From positions 49,044 through 113,043 of the IMG/VR virus record IMGVR_UViG_3300031539_000007: a stretch of 64,000 nt of DNA. One strand, given 5' to 3'. The translations under genes were made by a program, and so were the position numbers. Origin of the DNA: a virus. The notes under the pieces are model-generated. The model was not told the origin of the DNA. It ran no database searches and saw nothing but the letters and a program-made list of their open reading frames with translations. Positions 1 through 10,315 of the stretch are shown one piece after another (within the stretch, counting starts at the first letter, position 1; each line of letters begins with the position of its first letter).

Positions 1-8
1 CTGTCCCT

Positions 9-3000
9 GTGCAAGTTCATCATCATGGCGATGGTAGTTACGGAGCGTGCGCGGTAAAAGTAGAGCTTGTCGGAGTTGAATCTGTGAATACCGGATGGCT
101 AACATTTCATGGTGGAATCAATGAATTTGAGTGGGTGTCCCCAACCGTCAGCACAAATACAAACGGAAGCGCCGGTGTAGTCGTAACGCTAGAAAGCCGC
201 GCGCTTGGTGGAATAGACTTCTTCATAGACAACCTGGTACTAACTGAAGCTGGCGAGACAGAGCCGCCACCAGTCGTTCCGCCAACAGATTATGACGGGC
301 CAGTTATTACTACTGGCTCTAAAATCTTCACCGCACACACTATCGGAGAGGGCGGGACAATCGAGATGCTACAAGAAGGCCGGGCCGTGGGCGTTACATC
401 GCCTACGGTAAAGGTGTTCTTGTCAATGGGCGCGTCGGATGACATTCACGACGCAAGCCCCGACACAATCATTGTCGGGCGTGTTGATAAGGGCTGGAAC
501 GGGGATAGTATTGAAGGGGTAAACCTGTCTGGAGACTTACTGGTCGAAGCGCAACGCATTATGAATTTGGCGATGCCAGTATGGGCGCAGTTCCCCAACG
601 TGCGGTACTGGGAAATCCTCAACGAAGAAGACCCTGTGGGCGTTGACGGGCATCGGCGTATGGGTATCTTCCAGTCTCATTGTATCGACATAGCCGACGC
701 CAACGGCTACAAGCTCGCCTTGTTCTCCTACAGTTTAGGTGTGCCAGAGTGGGAAGAGTGGGAAGCGATTGTGGCGACTGGTGTATTCGCTAAAGCGAAA
801 ACGGGCGGGCACGCGCTTGCGTTGCACGAATATTCCTACCCGATGGACACCGGGTTCGGTGAAGCACTGCCAGGACAACCGGCATATCCGAATCGCGGTA
901 TACTAGCGTGTCGTTACCGCTGGTTGTACGAAGACTTCCTCAAGCCGCTGAACCAGGTTGTACCGCTATTTATCACCGAGGCACAGATAGCCCTGCCGGA
1001 CTTCCCGACACTTATCACACCAGAAGCATGGCTTGATGAACTCGCGTGGTACGACGAGCGCTTGGCAGAAGATTATTACGTGGTCGGTGCGCATTTATTT
1101 ACCCTGTCGTCTGTACCAGGATGGACAAACTTCAACTGGGTAGAGTGGCGCTCACATTTAGTTGGGTACGCACTCAGCGTCAAGGATAGACGTAACGCCC
1201 TAGCGCCAATCATCGAAGAACCTGTAGACCCGCCGCTCCCACCAGGAGAGTGTACACCTAGATTCCCGTATGCTAGGACATACATACTCATCCCGCCTCG
1301 CCACGGCAGTGAATGGGTTGGCCCATTACTTGAAAAAATCTGGAACGAGAGGCGCTTTACTATAGGATGTTCGGCTGACGATGGGGGATGGGGGCCAGGA
1401 ACGGAAAGCAGGACTGTGCTGGCACTGAATCCAGATGCGTGGGATGGGGACTTGCAAGCGTTCTTCGATGAGTGGTATCCTGGCGTGCTGTATTTCCCTA
1501 TCCATGCCGATACGCCAGAAGAATTTGCTCAGGCTGTATACGACTATTACAATCCGCCCACAGGCTTCCCGCCAGTGTGGGATGACGACATTACCTACGA
1601 CTTACCACGGCGCACAGATTGCAGCCTATTCCCAGATGGCACGTGGCCGCAGCGCACGCTGATACAGATTGACGGGGTGACTGCCCATCATGTCGGGTCT
1701 GATGCCACTCCTCTCCAGGTAGCCACGGCATATCTTCAGAAGGATGGATGCAGGCCATCTATCCCCTACACTATCTGGATTGAAAAGGATGGCACGATTC
1801 TCAAGTGTAACCCGCTCGAAGATGCCGGGCTGCACGACAACACCAGTGGGTACACGACCGTCAACACACACCTGAGCGTCGGGCTTGCGGGCGCGTTACA
1901 CATTGACTATCCTACCGAGGCGCAGTACAACGCGCTGGTAAAGGTTATCTTCTGGTGTGTAGACAATCCAGAGATGAACGTCATCAGAGAGCGGGTAAAG
2001 GGGCACATGGACTACATCAGTACACAGTGCCCTGGGTGGAAGGAGGGCAGCAATACCGGCGCGGATCGCTGGAAGTGCGAGTTGTACGGCAGGCTAGGAT
2101 GGGACATTGATGGTTGCGAGGTCGCCCCGCCGCCGTCTGGTGGTAACACTCGCGGGGTTCACGCGCACGCATCCACATCGCCACGGCTAACAACAAGCCA
2201 GATTATCGACCTGGTAGCACCTATGAACCTATCACACTACAAAATTCTCGATGAGGGTAGCCCCGCGAATGTCGAGCTGGCACTGGCACTGATGGCGAAC
2301 GACATCGAACCAGTTGTCAGGCTGTATCAGGCCGGGCAGTTCCCTGGAAGAAATACGCGCATCCCCTACATCGGTAACATGCTTGCTACTGGCGCGACGC
2401 TAATAGAGATTGGCAACGAGCCAAACCTGCCAGTCGAGTGGGTGGACGCATACAGGCCGATGGTGGATTGGCACAACACAGAGATAGTCAATGCCGTAGC
2501 GCAGAGTTGGTTGCTTGATGCGCGCCAAGTTATTTCTATGGGCGGCAGGCCAGGACTGTACGCGCTCGCCCCCACCGACAGAGGCGGGGTTAATCCGCAG
2601 TTCTCAGATGTAATGTGGTTCGAGGGGATTACTAACTGGCTACGGGCCAACGCATTGTCAGAACTGCGCGGCTGGCTTAATGATTGGATAGTATGGTTGC
2701 CGGTACACAGCGGGCGCTTCGACAAACCGCTCGACTTTAATCCGTTCCAAGCCACGTACAGGGACAGCATGTGTATGCTAGGGTACAATATTCACCAGCA
2801 GATTCTTTCTGATAAGTTTGGTGTGAGTGACGTGCTCACTATTGGCACCGAGGGGGGCTGCTACTCACCAGAATCACTGGTAAGGATGCAGTTCTCCCCT
2901 ATCTACAATGAAGCTGGTTGGGGCACGGCGGTAGTAGAGATGCACAACTTCCTGAATGCCAGGGGCGACATCGCGGCGGTGTGCTCGTGGATACTTGGAG

Positions 3001-3086
3001 TGAGTGATGATCCCACATGGGACGAGGATGCCTGGATCAGGCGCGATGGTAGTTGGCGCAGTCCAATGACAGCAATGAGGAGCTAA
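9..3086 (+). CDS. Multidomain cell-envelope hydrolase/endolysin-like protein (GH-like TIM barrel + Amidase_2 + second GH-like domain); probably 5'-truncated by window edge
   Basis: WEILNE..ALHEY..FITE (clan-A GH pattern); AHH..IPY..GHMDY..TQCPG (zinc amidase); EIGNEPN..GTEGG (second GH); Pro-rich linkers; frame open to window start. Confidence 0.75.
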   Translation: MQVHHHGDGSYGACAVKVELVGVESVNTGWLTFHGGINEFEWVSPTVSTNTNGSAGVVVTLESRALGGIDFFIDNLVLTEAGETEPPPVVPPTDYDGPVITTGSKIFTAHTIGEGGTIEMLQEGRAVGVTSPTVKVFLSMGASDDIHDASPDTIIVGRVDKGWNGDSIEGVNLSGDLLVEAQRIMNLAMPVWAQFPNVRYWEILNEEDPVGVDGHRRMGIFQSHCIDIADANGYKLALFSYSLGVPEWEEWEAIVATGVFAKAKTGGHALALHEYSYPMDTGFGEALPGQPAYPNRGILACRYRWLYEDFLKPLNQVVPLFITEAQIALPDFPTLITPEAWLDELAWYDERLAEDYYVVGAHLFTLSSVPGWTNFNWVEWRSHLVGYALSVKDRRNALAPIIEEPVDPPLPPGECTPRFPYARTYILIPPRHGSEWVGPLLEKIWNERRFTIGCSADDGGWGPGTESRTVLALNPDAWDGDLQAFFDEWYPGVLYFPIHADTPEEFAQAVYDYYNPPTGFPPVWDDDITYDLPRRTDCSLFPDGTWPQRTLIQIDGVTAHHVGSDATPLQVATAYLQKDGCRPSIPYTIWIEKDGTILKCNPLEDAGLHDNTSGYTTVNTHLSVGLAGALHIDYPTEAQYNALVKVIFWCVDNPEMNVIRERVKGHMDYISTQCPGWKEGSNTGADRWKCELYGRLGWDIDGCEVAPPPSGGNTRGVHAHASTSPRLTTSQIIDLVAPMNLSHYKILDEGSPANVELALALMANDIEPVVRLYQAGQFPGRNTRIPYIGNMLATGATLIEIGNEPNLPVEWVDAYRPMVDWHNTEIVNAVAQSWLLDARQVISMGGRPGLYALAPTDRGGVNPQFSDVMWFEGITNWLRANALSELRGWLNDWIVWLPVHSGRFDKPLDFNPFQATYRDSMCMLGYNIHQQILSDKFGVSDVLTIGTEGGCYSPESLVRMQFSPIYNEAGWGTAVVEMHNFLNARGDIAAVCSWILGVSDDPTWDEDAWIRRDGSWRSPMTAMRS

Positions 3087-3091
3087 ATAAT

Positions 3092-3334
3092 ATGGGTGAC
3101 GAAAAACCAAAGGGACGGGTAACACAAGAACTGGTAGTGGACAGGCGTATACCGGCGATTATAGCCTCTACACTGTATCTCGCGCTATCGGCGTTCAATA
3201 TGCTGTACGCTTCAGTGTTCGCAGACGGGTGGCTAGATGCCGGTAGAGCCGTCGCGTTTGCGATAATCGCATTCTTCATTGGGGTTGGGCTTCTTGGGCT
3301 GACCAGAAAGGAAAGTACGCATGTTGAGGAGTAG
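3092..3334 (+). CDS. Putative holin (2 TM helices)
   Basis: GAGGAG RBS, ATG 3092, two hydrophobic segments, charged C-tail, directly after lysin-like gene. Confidence 0.5.
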   Translation: MGDEKPKGRVTQELVVDRRIPAIIASTLYLALSAFNMLYASVFADGWLDAGRAVAFAIIAFFIGVGLLGLTRKESTHVEE

Positions 3335-3797
3335 CCTCTGGCGCAAGCGCGTGGTTATGGCGCGCGATTCTGGCAAGGAGTCATTTCGCTATGATGATAT
3401 GGTTGAGTTGTGGGAGATTTCGAGGGCTGGAATCTCGGTTGCTTTGAAGCAACTTAGCGAGGAGTGCCCTGGCGGAGTTATCACTTCCAAGGACGGGCAG
3501 CGCACGGTGGTTGAGTTTGACTACGACTTACTCGTTGGAGATAATGACACGTTCGACGACGACCTGCCGCTCAATATCCCTGACTGGATGGCGAGAGAAA
3601 CGTATGATGCCGTAATGGAACGCGCTGATATTGACCTAGAGCAGTACGACATCTTTTTCTCTCATCGTGACGATGACTGGATGAGGCAATACCAAAGAGG
3701 CGGGGTTGTCATAAGCGTACACGAGAGCGGACAGAAAACGCGGTTGTACGAAGTGACGTTTAGAGTTGATAATTGTGTCGTAATAGGGGGATTTTAA
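3321..3797 (+). CDS. Hypothetical protein, possible N-terminal HTH
   Basis: DDMVELWEISRAGISVALKQL resembles an HTH; overlaps preceding gene. Confidence 0.5.
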   Translation: MLRSSLWRKRVVMARDSGKESFRYDDMVELWEISRAGISVALKQLSEECPGGVITSKDGQRTVVEFDYDLLVGDNDTFDDDLPLNIPDWMARETYDAVMERADIDLEQYDIFFSHRDDDWMRQYQRGGVVISVHESGQKTRLYEVTFRVDNCVVIGGF

Positions 3798-3799
3798 CG

Positions 3800-6010
3800 T
3801 TGGAAGTTGTAAAGCGTGACGGTCGGATTGTCCCGTTCGATGATAGCCGTATCTATCGGGCGATAGATAGATGCTTCGCTGGCCTTGGCTATGATGCCAA
3901 GGTAGGCCCACAAGAGCTAACGCGGCGCGCAGTGCTGGTCGTGTCTGGCAAATACGAGCGGCCTACTGTTGAGCAGATTCAGGACGTGGTAGAGAGTGTG
4001 CTGCTTGCCGCTGACGAGATCGAAGCGGCACGCGCCTACATCCGCTACAGATACGAGCACGAGAAGTCCAGGAGGGCAAGAGACGTGCCCAGTGGCGTCA
4101 GAGAGGCGTTTGCAGAGTCGGATGCGTACTTTGCTACCCCTATCCAGAAGTTTCAGTTCTACGACAAATACAGCCGCTTTGACTACTTCTTAGGTAGACG
4201 CGAAACGTGGGTGGAAACAGTGGATCGTGCGGTGGCTTTTCTTAGAAAGCTGTCCGAGAACAAGCTGCCAGAGAAAGACTACGCGCGCATCCGCGATGGC
4301 ATCCTGAATATGAAGGTGATGCCGTCAATGAGGCTGCTGGCAATGGCTGGCCCTGCGGCAGAGAGGTCTGGTCTAACAATCTACAACTGTGCCTATCTAC
4401 CAGTGGATAGCATTAGTTCATTCTATGAGGCTACCATACTGGCGATGAGTGGCTGTGGCGTTGGCTACTCTGTAGAGCGCCAGTACGTTGAGCAGTTACC
4501 CCGCGTGCAACGGCAAGGCGACGGGACTACATTTACAACGTTTGTAATACCAGACACCGCCGAGGGCTGGGCTAACGCTATACAGTACGGATTAGAGACG
4601 TGGTTCAATGGGTGGGATGTGCGCTTCGACTACTCAGAGATACGCCCCGCCGGTGCGCCGCTGATGACTAAGGGCGGGCGTAGCTCTGGCCCAGCACCCC
4701 TGCGCAAACTGCTGACATTCGCTAGAGACAAAGTGCTCAGTAGGCAAGGTGGTTTCTTGCGTCCAATTGACGCTCACGACATTATGTGCGCCATTGGCGG
4801 GTCGGTAATTAGCGGAGGCATGCGTCGCACAGCTCTCCTTTCCCTGTTCGACTTCGACGATGCTGAGATGAAGCACTGCAAAGATGGCGACTTCTGGCGC
4901 GACAACAGCCAGCGCTGGAACGCCAACAACTCGGCGGTCTGGCCCGATAGACCGCTAACGCAATCAGAGGTCGCGCACCACCTGCTAGAGATGTTCGATA
5001 GCGGTAGAGGGGAACCTGGAATATTTAATCGCAGGGCGGCGCTAAATACTATCCCAGAACGTAGGAATAAAGAATATGTTTATGGAACAAATCCTTGTGG
5101 GGAGGTCTTGCTGCGCCCTAAAATGTTGTGCAACTTATCCTCTATCATTGCTCGTAGCAACGACAATCTAGTAACGCTGCTTGAAAAGGCAGAGCTGGCT
5201 ACTATCATTGGCACTATTCAGTCAATGGCGACGAACTTCCCTGGGATGCCTGATGAGTGGCGCAAGAACTGCGAAGAAGAGCGCTTGCTGGGTGTAGACC
5301 TCAACGGCCAGTTGGACTCACCCGTGGCGATGCTGCCCGATGTACAAGCGCTACTCAAACAGCAAGTGCTCAGAATCAACGGGCGGTACGCGAAGCTGCT
5401 TGGTATCAATCGAGCGGCGGCCACAACATGCGTTAAGCCTTCTGGTAACTCGTCACTGCTGTTGGATTGTTCGTCGGGGTTGCACGCACGCTGGTCTAAA
5501 TACTACGTGCGCAACATCAGGATTAGTGCGCTCTCGCCGTTGCTTGGAGTTATGCGCGATGCTGGTGTGCCGATGTCGCCAGAGAACGGGCAAGACCCTG
5601 ATAGCTGCAATACGTGGGTGATCCACTTCCCGGTCAAATCCCCAGACAGAGCAATGACGCGCAACGACAGGACTGCAATCCAGCAATGTAATTACTGGCT
5701 ACAGAATAAGATACAGTGGACTGAGCAAAACCCGTCGGTCACTATCTCGTACAAGCCCGACGAAATCTTAGACATCATCAAGTGGGTATGGCAGAATCAA
5801 GACAACATCAACGGAATGACTTTCTTGCCTACGTTTGATGCGCTGTACGACCAGATGCCCTACGAGGAAATCACCGAGGCTGAATACAACGAGTTGGCTG
5901 CCGTGTTCCCGGAGATCGACTTCTCGAAAGTGTGGCGTTACGAGGACAAAGATTTAACTTCTGCGGCACAAGAGCTTGCGTGTATGGCGGGTTCGTGCGA
6001 ACTGGCTTGA
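3800..6010 (+). CDS. nrdJ: Class II (AdoCbl-dependent, monomeric-type) ribonucleotide reductase with N-terminal ATP-cone
   Basis: VVKRDG ATP-cone; RETW, PSMRLL, YNC, GCGVGYSV, RRTAL, TNPCGE, CNL, TCVKPSG, C-terminal CxxxxC; TTG start at 3800 after AGGGGG. Confidence 0.92.
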   Translation: MEVVKRDGRIVPFDDSRIYRAIDRCFAGLGYDAKVGPQELTRRAVLVVSGKYERPTVEQIQDVVESVLLAADEIEAARAYIRYRYEHEKSRRARDVPSGVREAFAESDAYFATPIQKFQFYDKYSRFDYFLGRRETWVETVDRAVAFLRKLSENKLPEKDYARIRDGILNMKVMPSMRLLAMAGPAAERSGLTIYNCAYLPVDSISSFYEATILAMSGCGVGYSVERQYVEQLPRVQRQGDGTTFTTFVIPDTAEGWANAIQYGLETWFNGWDVRFDYSEIRPAGAPLMTKGGRSSGPAPLRKLLTFARDKVLSRQGGFLRPIDAHDIMCAIGGSVISGGMRRTALLSLFDFDDAEMKHCKDGDFWRDNSQRWNANNSAVWPDRPLTQSEVAHHLLEMFDSGRGEPGIFNRRAALNTIPERRNKEYVYGTNPCGEVLLRPKMLCNLSSIIARSNDNLVTLLEKAELATIIGTIQSMATNFPGMPDEWRKNCEEERLLGVDLNGQLDSPVAMLPDVQALLKQQVLRINGRYAKLLGINRAAATTCVKPSGNSSLLLDCSSGLHARWSKYYVRNIRISALSPLLGVMRDAGVPMSPENGQDPDSCNTWVIHFPVKSPDRAMTRNDRTAIQQCNYWLQNKIQWTEQNPSVTISYKPDEILDIIKWVWQNQDNINGMTFLPTFDALYDQMPYEEITEAEYNELAAVFPEIDFSKVWRYEDKDLTSAAQELACMAGSCELA

Positions 6011-6011
6011 T

Positions 6012-6039
6012 TTGACTGTTACTGGCAATATGCTATACT
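6012..6039 (+). promoter_or_regulatory. Sigma70-type promoter with extended -10
   Basis: TTGACT-16nt-TATACT, TG extension. Confidence 0.65.
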
Positions 6040-6071
6040 AGGGGCATCAAATCAACTAAAAGGAGCAGTGT

Positions 6072-6191
6072 ATGTTTGTTTACAAGAACTGGGCGGATGG
6101 CCGCTATGCATGCCGTGGATGGTTTTTGTTTGGCTTAATCCCACTTGCTGTATGGAAAATCAACGCGGACGTGCCCACCAACGGCAATTGA
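6072..6191 (+). CDS. Small hypothetical protein (39 aa)
   Basis: AAGGAG RBS, ATG 6072, MFVYKNW...GWFLFGLIPL; not in the ORF track. Confidence 0.45.
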   Translation: MFVYKNWADGRYACRGWFLFGLIPLAVWKINADVPTNGN

Positions 6192-6211
6192 TAAATCATA
6201 AGGAGAGTGAT

Positions 6212-6685
6212 ATGACAAAGAGCGGTAATACTGTAGCTGCGGTGTGCCCGTCAAGCGGGGATTTCGTGGCGCGTGAGCCGAAGGTGTTCTTGGAAGTCAG
6301 GGACCTGTCCGAGAAGTGGACTCGGTATACGTTTAGCGAGCATGAAGAAATTGATCTGCTTGACTTTGCGGGGTTGACGGACTGTGTTACCCCGCTGGAC
6401 GTTTATGCACCGGCGGTGTGCCCAATGACGGGCGAGGCTGTTACTGAAGTCCCGGTGCTGCGCATCAAGGCGAAGGGCGGAGGTGTGGAGTTTACATTCT
6501 ACTTTTCAAGTGATGCGGAAACGGCGATTGCCGAAGAGTTCAATGTCAGCATACGCCAAGGGTATCGGTATCCGTGGAGAGGAACATACGGGTCTGTCGA
6601 ACCCTGCGGGGTCACACTCACTATTCCAGCAGGCATGTCCATGTCCGTACCGCAATTCCTTTACCCACAACCCCCGCACACGTAG
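6212..6685 (+). CDS. Hypothetical protein with two AVCPxxG motifs
   Basis: AGGAG RBS, ATG 6212; AVCPSSG and AVCPMTG. Confidence 0.65.
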   Translation: MTKSGNTVAAVCPSSGDFVAREPKVFLEVRDLSEKWTRYTFSEHEEIDLLDFAGLTDCVTPLDVYAPAVCPMTGEAVTEVPVLRIKAKGGGVEFTFYFSSDAETAIAEEFNVSIRQGYRYPWRGTYGSVEPCGVTLTIPAGMSMSVPQFLYPQPPHT

Positions 6686-6700
6686 ATTGCGGCACAAAGC

Positions 6701-6732
6701 AAAAGCCCTGGTTTAATCGCCAGGGCTTTTTT
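6701..6732. terminator. Bidirectional intrinsic terminator between convergent arms
   Basis: AAAAGCCCTGG-loop-CCAGGGCTTTTTT. Confidence 0.8.
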
Positions 6733-6743
6733 GTTGCCACGAA

Positions 6744-8438
6744 TCAACTGAACAGCGAGCCTTGCACTACCTCTTCACCGTCGTCCGTGACAAACACCTC
6801 TGGTACAGCCCCTAGTCTCTGTGCTGCGTTCTTGTGCAGGTACTCGAACGAGATGTCGCATCCAATACCGTGACGACCCAGGGCACGGGCTACCTGGAGA
6901 GTAGTGCCGCTGCCTACGAACGGGTCGAAGACGATGGCTGGCACGACACAGAAATCTGTCAGCGGTTCGTCTTCCCACTGCTCTCCTTCAAAATACCACC
7001 GCGCGTCACAACTATTGCAGGGGATAAACGCGCCGCGTACCCCGCCGTGAATCCCGCTTGGTAGAAATGACATATCCCATTCGTGAGTATGATTGCTGAT
7101 ACAGTTACAAGTAGGACGCCAGCCGAGAGTTGAAAACTGGACGTGTTTAGTCACGCCGAGAGTAGACTGCTCAGTACCACCGTCAAGAGCGCCGCCACTG
7201 GCAAGGATGCGCCCTTGCGCCGCGCCAGGGTTGTGCTTGTTAGCAATGCGTGCCATCACCCTCTCGAACGGCGCGCCACATTTTACACATACGCCATATT
7301 CGCTGCTCCCAGCCTTAACGCACGGTTCAACAAGCGTGCTAGGGAATACGGCGAAGTGGCTCCCCTTGTAGCCCTTCGCGTTGACGTGCAACGCCAGTGG
7401 CTCACCATTAGTATCCAGTAGCAATCCCATATTGTCGCGTAGCCCGTACAGATAGTCCAGGTGTTCTTCGGATTGTGCGATTGCGTAATCTACCGAGTCC
7501 TTCCATACATCCGACGTGCGCCGGTTGCGCCCAGGTTCAACATCTCTGCTTTTGTCGTTAGCACGGGCTTGGTTCATTGAGTGTGGGGTTTGGCCTGGAG
7601 CACCGTCGATATTCTTGTGCGTGCTGCTGTTACCGCGCTTGGCCCTGGCGATACTCCCCGCGCTCGTGGGCATCTCTACGGCCTTTGCGTCGTAGTAGTA
7701 ATGCTCGGACTTGGAAAGCAGGAACAGGTACTCGTGCGCGGTTGTCATGCGGTCGGTGACACTTTCGGGCATACACGAGTCTTTTATCCACTGCGGATCG
7801 TTGCGTAGATACCAGCCATCAGCGCGAAGCGCGAGTGCTATAAGCCAAGGGATACCCATAAGGTCTTTGTTTTTTATATCGTATTGCGATGGCGGACGCC
7901 CCTGCATATCGCGCGAGAAATTAGCACCCTTCCACCCCATGTCGCCATCTGTTTGCATACGGGTGTACCCTTTGTGATTGTTATAACTGTCGCCAAAGTT
8001 CAAAAACACAGGCGCGTCCTGGCGCGATACTCGCCACACTTCTCTAAAGATAGCCACAATATGCCCGACGAACATCTCTGGTGTTGGCTCTAGTCCTAGC
8101 TCGCCACGCCAAGCGCCGCATTTGAGACAGATGTTGCCACTGCTCGCAGTCTGCCCTTTACCAGCAGCGTCAGCGTCCTTCCACTTCGTTTGCTCTACCT
8201 GGCCTGGATGATGCGGTGGCAAGTCGTCGCCAAACACATGCTCGCAATCTGGATCGCCAGGAATAACGATCTCTGGCAGCCACTCGATTTGCTTGTAAGT
8301 CATACCGGGCCACACAGAGCCTTGTTCGCCTTTGTATTTTCTCTTCCCGTAATACGGCGGAGAGGTCACTACACAGTGTACGCTCTTATCCGCCAGTGGG
8401 ATATGAATACCGTTAGAATTGATGAGCAGTTCCATCAC
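6744..8438 (-). CDS. DNA methyltransferase, N4-C/N6-A beta class, with Cys-rich insertions
   Basis: N-terminal TSPPY, LGLE, NFGDSY, HEYLFLL, HFAVFP, C-terminal DPFVGSGTT; several CxxC pairs. Confidence 0.9.
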   Translation of the reverse strand: MMELLINSNGIHIPLADKSVHCVVTSPPYYGKRKYKGEQGSVWPGMTYKQIEWLPEIVIPGDPDCEHVFGDDLPPHHPGQVEQTKWKDADAAGKGQTASSGNICLKCGAWRGELGLEPTPEMFVGHIVAIFREVWRVSRQDAPVFLNFGDSYNNHKGYTRMQTDGDMGWKGANFSRDMQGRPPSQYDIKNKDLMGIPWLIALALRADGWYLRNDPQWIKDSCMPESVTDRMTTAHEYLFLLSKSEHYYYDAKAVEMPTSAGSIARAKRGNSSTHKNIDGAPGQTPHSMNQARANDKSRDVEPGRNRRTSDVWKDSVDYAIAQSEEHLDYLYGLRDNMGLLLDTNGEPLALHVNAKGYKGSHFAVFPSTLVEPCVKAGSSEYGVCVKCGAPFERVMARIANKHNPGAAQGRILASGGALDGGTEQSTLGVTKHVQFSTLGWRPTCNCISNHTHEWDMSFLPSGIHGGVRGAFIPCNSCDARWYFEGEQWEDEPLTDFCVVPAIVFDPFVGSGTTLQVARALGRHGIGCDISFEYLHKNAAQRLGAVPEVFVTDDGEEVVQGSLFS

Positions 8439-9511
8439 TTAACGTACCGTGGGGACAGTGCATGCACGAAGGCGGAGTCGCTGCCCGTAATTATTACCGT
8501 GCTGAGAGCGCCCTTGATGTGCATCGTGATGTCACCACTGAAAGCACGTAGCGCCTCCCTCATATACTCCGCACACATTAGCAAGCATAGCTCGGCATCG
8601 CCCTCTGCCTGTACAGCTATATCGCCGCCGCCATCAGTGCCAGCAACGCTGACGACGATGCTGCTGTTAGTGATAGCGAAGGTGATGGTGCCATCTCCCA
8701 TCCCGTCAAACATAGAAGCGCGCCTGACTGCATCCAACAACGCCGACGAATCTACGGTAACTGTACAGCGACCGTCGGTGTCGAACATCCCAGTCTCTTC
8801 TACACTGGACTGAACACCGTCGCCGTTGACAAGCTGGGTAGAGAACAGGATTGCGCCAGTGTCAAATGTCATTCGCCCGTTGCCGCAGCCAACGGTAACA
8901 ATATCAGTGCCAAGTATTTTCGACAGCTCGTTCGCAGAGCCAGGCGGAATCAGCGCCTCACAGACAGCCTCAGTGTCAGTTGTGTTCCTTGAGATGCGGT
9001 AGCCATCTAACCCCATGAACGCCAGCTTGCCATCAAGTGTGTACAACGCTACGCTATTAAGCGTCGGGCGGCTTGCGTCATGGGACGCGAAAGGGGCGCA
9101 GTATTCAAGCGCCGCCTTTAGGACAGTGCCGTCAATCTCAAACGAGAAGTCGGCAGCCCCGGCAATCAGTGGGAACATATCAGCGGGCAGGCATTTGAAT
9201 CTCACCTTCGTGTTACCGCTGACGAGCCTCAATACGTCATTGACCATCTCTAGCTGCACCGTGTCGGTATTCAGCGAGGCTACCACATCCGCGAATAGCA
9301 CCGGAACAACGGTAGCGAAGTCTTCGCCGCAATCAGCGTCCACGTACACCTCGACTGACTTCTCGAAGTCGGTGGCGCACAGGCACATAATCCCATCAAC
9401 AACTTTTAGCAGGATGTTCTGTGCGATAGGGATAGTCGTGCGTGCCGGGGCAATACGCTTGGCGATTGCTGTCCCACGCTTCAGTTCTTGGGTTGCTACC
9501 GTGATTTTCAT
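8435..9511 (-). CDS. dnaN: DNA polymerase III beta sliding clamp
   Basis: 358 aa; TTIPIAQNILL, ATDFE, FP, SRPTLNSV, LDGYRI motifs. Confidence 0.88.
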   Translation of the reverse strand: MKITVATQELKRGTAIAKRIAPARTTIPIAQNILLKVVDGIMCLCATDFEKSVEVYVDADCGEDFATVVPVLFADVVASLNTDTVQLEMVNDVLRLVSGNTKVRFKCLPADMFPLIAGAADFSFEIDGTVLKAALEYCAPFASHDASRPTLNSVALYTLDGKLAFMGLDGYRISRNTTDTEAVCEALIPPGSANELSKILGTDIVTVGCGNGRMTFDTGAILFSTQLVNGDGVQSSVEETGMFDTDGRCTVTVDSSALLDAVRRASMFDGMGDGTITFAITNSSIVVSVAGTDGGGDIAVQAEGDAELCLLMCAEYMREALRAFSGDITMHIKGALSTVIITGSDSAFVHALSPRYVK

Positions 9512-9524
9512 TCAGTCTCCTTGC

Positions 9525-9725
9525 TTACCATCCGGGAAAATCTCCGAGATTCTGGAATTCAAGCTCAGACATTTCGACAATTGTGAAAGTGATTGATTCT
9601 CCAGCGTCAAGCCAATCAAGCCCGGACGGGTCTAACTCCCCTGCGGCGAAGCTTGCTGCATTTTCCAGACTACAAATGTAGAATCCGCCAGCGCAATCGC
9701 TACGGGTAACTTTAATATATTTCAC
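9525..9725 (-). CDS. Hypothetical protein
   Basis: Coupled to neighbours, AAGGAG RBS. Confidence 0.55.
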   Translation of the reverse strand: MKYIKVTRSDCAGGFYICSLENAASFAAGELDPSGLDWLDAGESITFTIVEMSELEFQNLGDFPGW

Positions 9726-10315
9726 CTTAGAACTCCTTTCCGTAACTCCCTTGTGTTAATCGTAATCATCGCTTGTGCAATTGTTATTGGCGTGAAGTTT
9801 GTACAATCCACGCCCACATCTAATATCCGCTGGCCCGCTGGCGGCGCGTATGTGCCGTGGGAATGCCCGTGGAGGTGATACGCGCCGTGATGTTTCCTGT
9901 CCCACTCGGCTTGTGGATAGTGGCTCAATACAAACACGTCATCGTTCGATTCAAGCGCCACGATTGGCGGGACTGTTTGCACTTCGTATCGCCCGCCAGA
10001 AGAGAAGTAGGTGTTATTAAGAATCCAGCGCTTGTCGTGATGCCAGAAGTTATCAAGTATGTATATTTTGCCGTTAAGCAAACGAAAGAATTTGTCTGCT
10101 GCGTTTGTGCCACCAAGCGTGAAGTCGCCCAGATGAATAACTATATCATCCCGCCCGACAACACCGTTCCAGTTACTCGCCATCACAGTATCCATTTCAT
10201 CAGCGTCCGCGAACGGCCTGTTGGTGTACTTGATGATGTTCGCGTGAGAAAAGTGGTGGTCGGATGTGACAAAAACAGACAGCACCCTATCGCGCGGGAT
10301 TGTTAATCTATTCAC
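9722..10315 (-). CDS. Calcineurin-like metallophosphoesterase
   Basis: SDHHF, HLGDF, SHYP, HGHSH, DVGVD. Confidence 0.88.
   Translation of the reverse strand: MNRLTIPRDRVLSVFVTSDHHFSHANIIKYTNRPFADADEMDTVMASNWNGVVGRDDIVIHLGDFTLGGTNAADKFFRLLNGKIYILDNFWHHDKRWILNNTYFSSGGRYEVQTVPPIVALESNDDVFVLSHYPQAEWDRKHHGAYHLHGHSHGTYAPPAGQRILDVGVDCTNFTPITIAQAMITINTRELRKGVLR

Noticed and set aside
6212-6685. QueF / 7-deazaguanine pathway (CPxTG)
   Set aside because: Only the CPMTG word matches; no other QueF motifs or neighbouring que/dpd genes.
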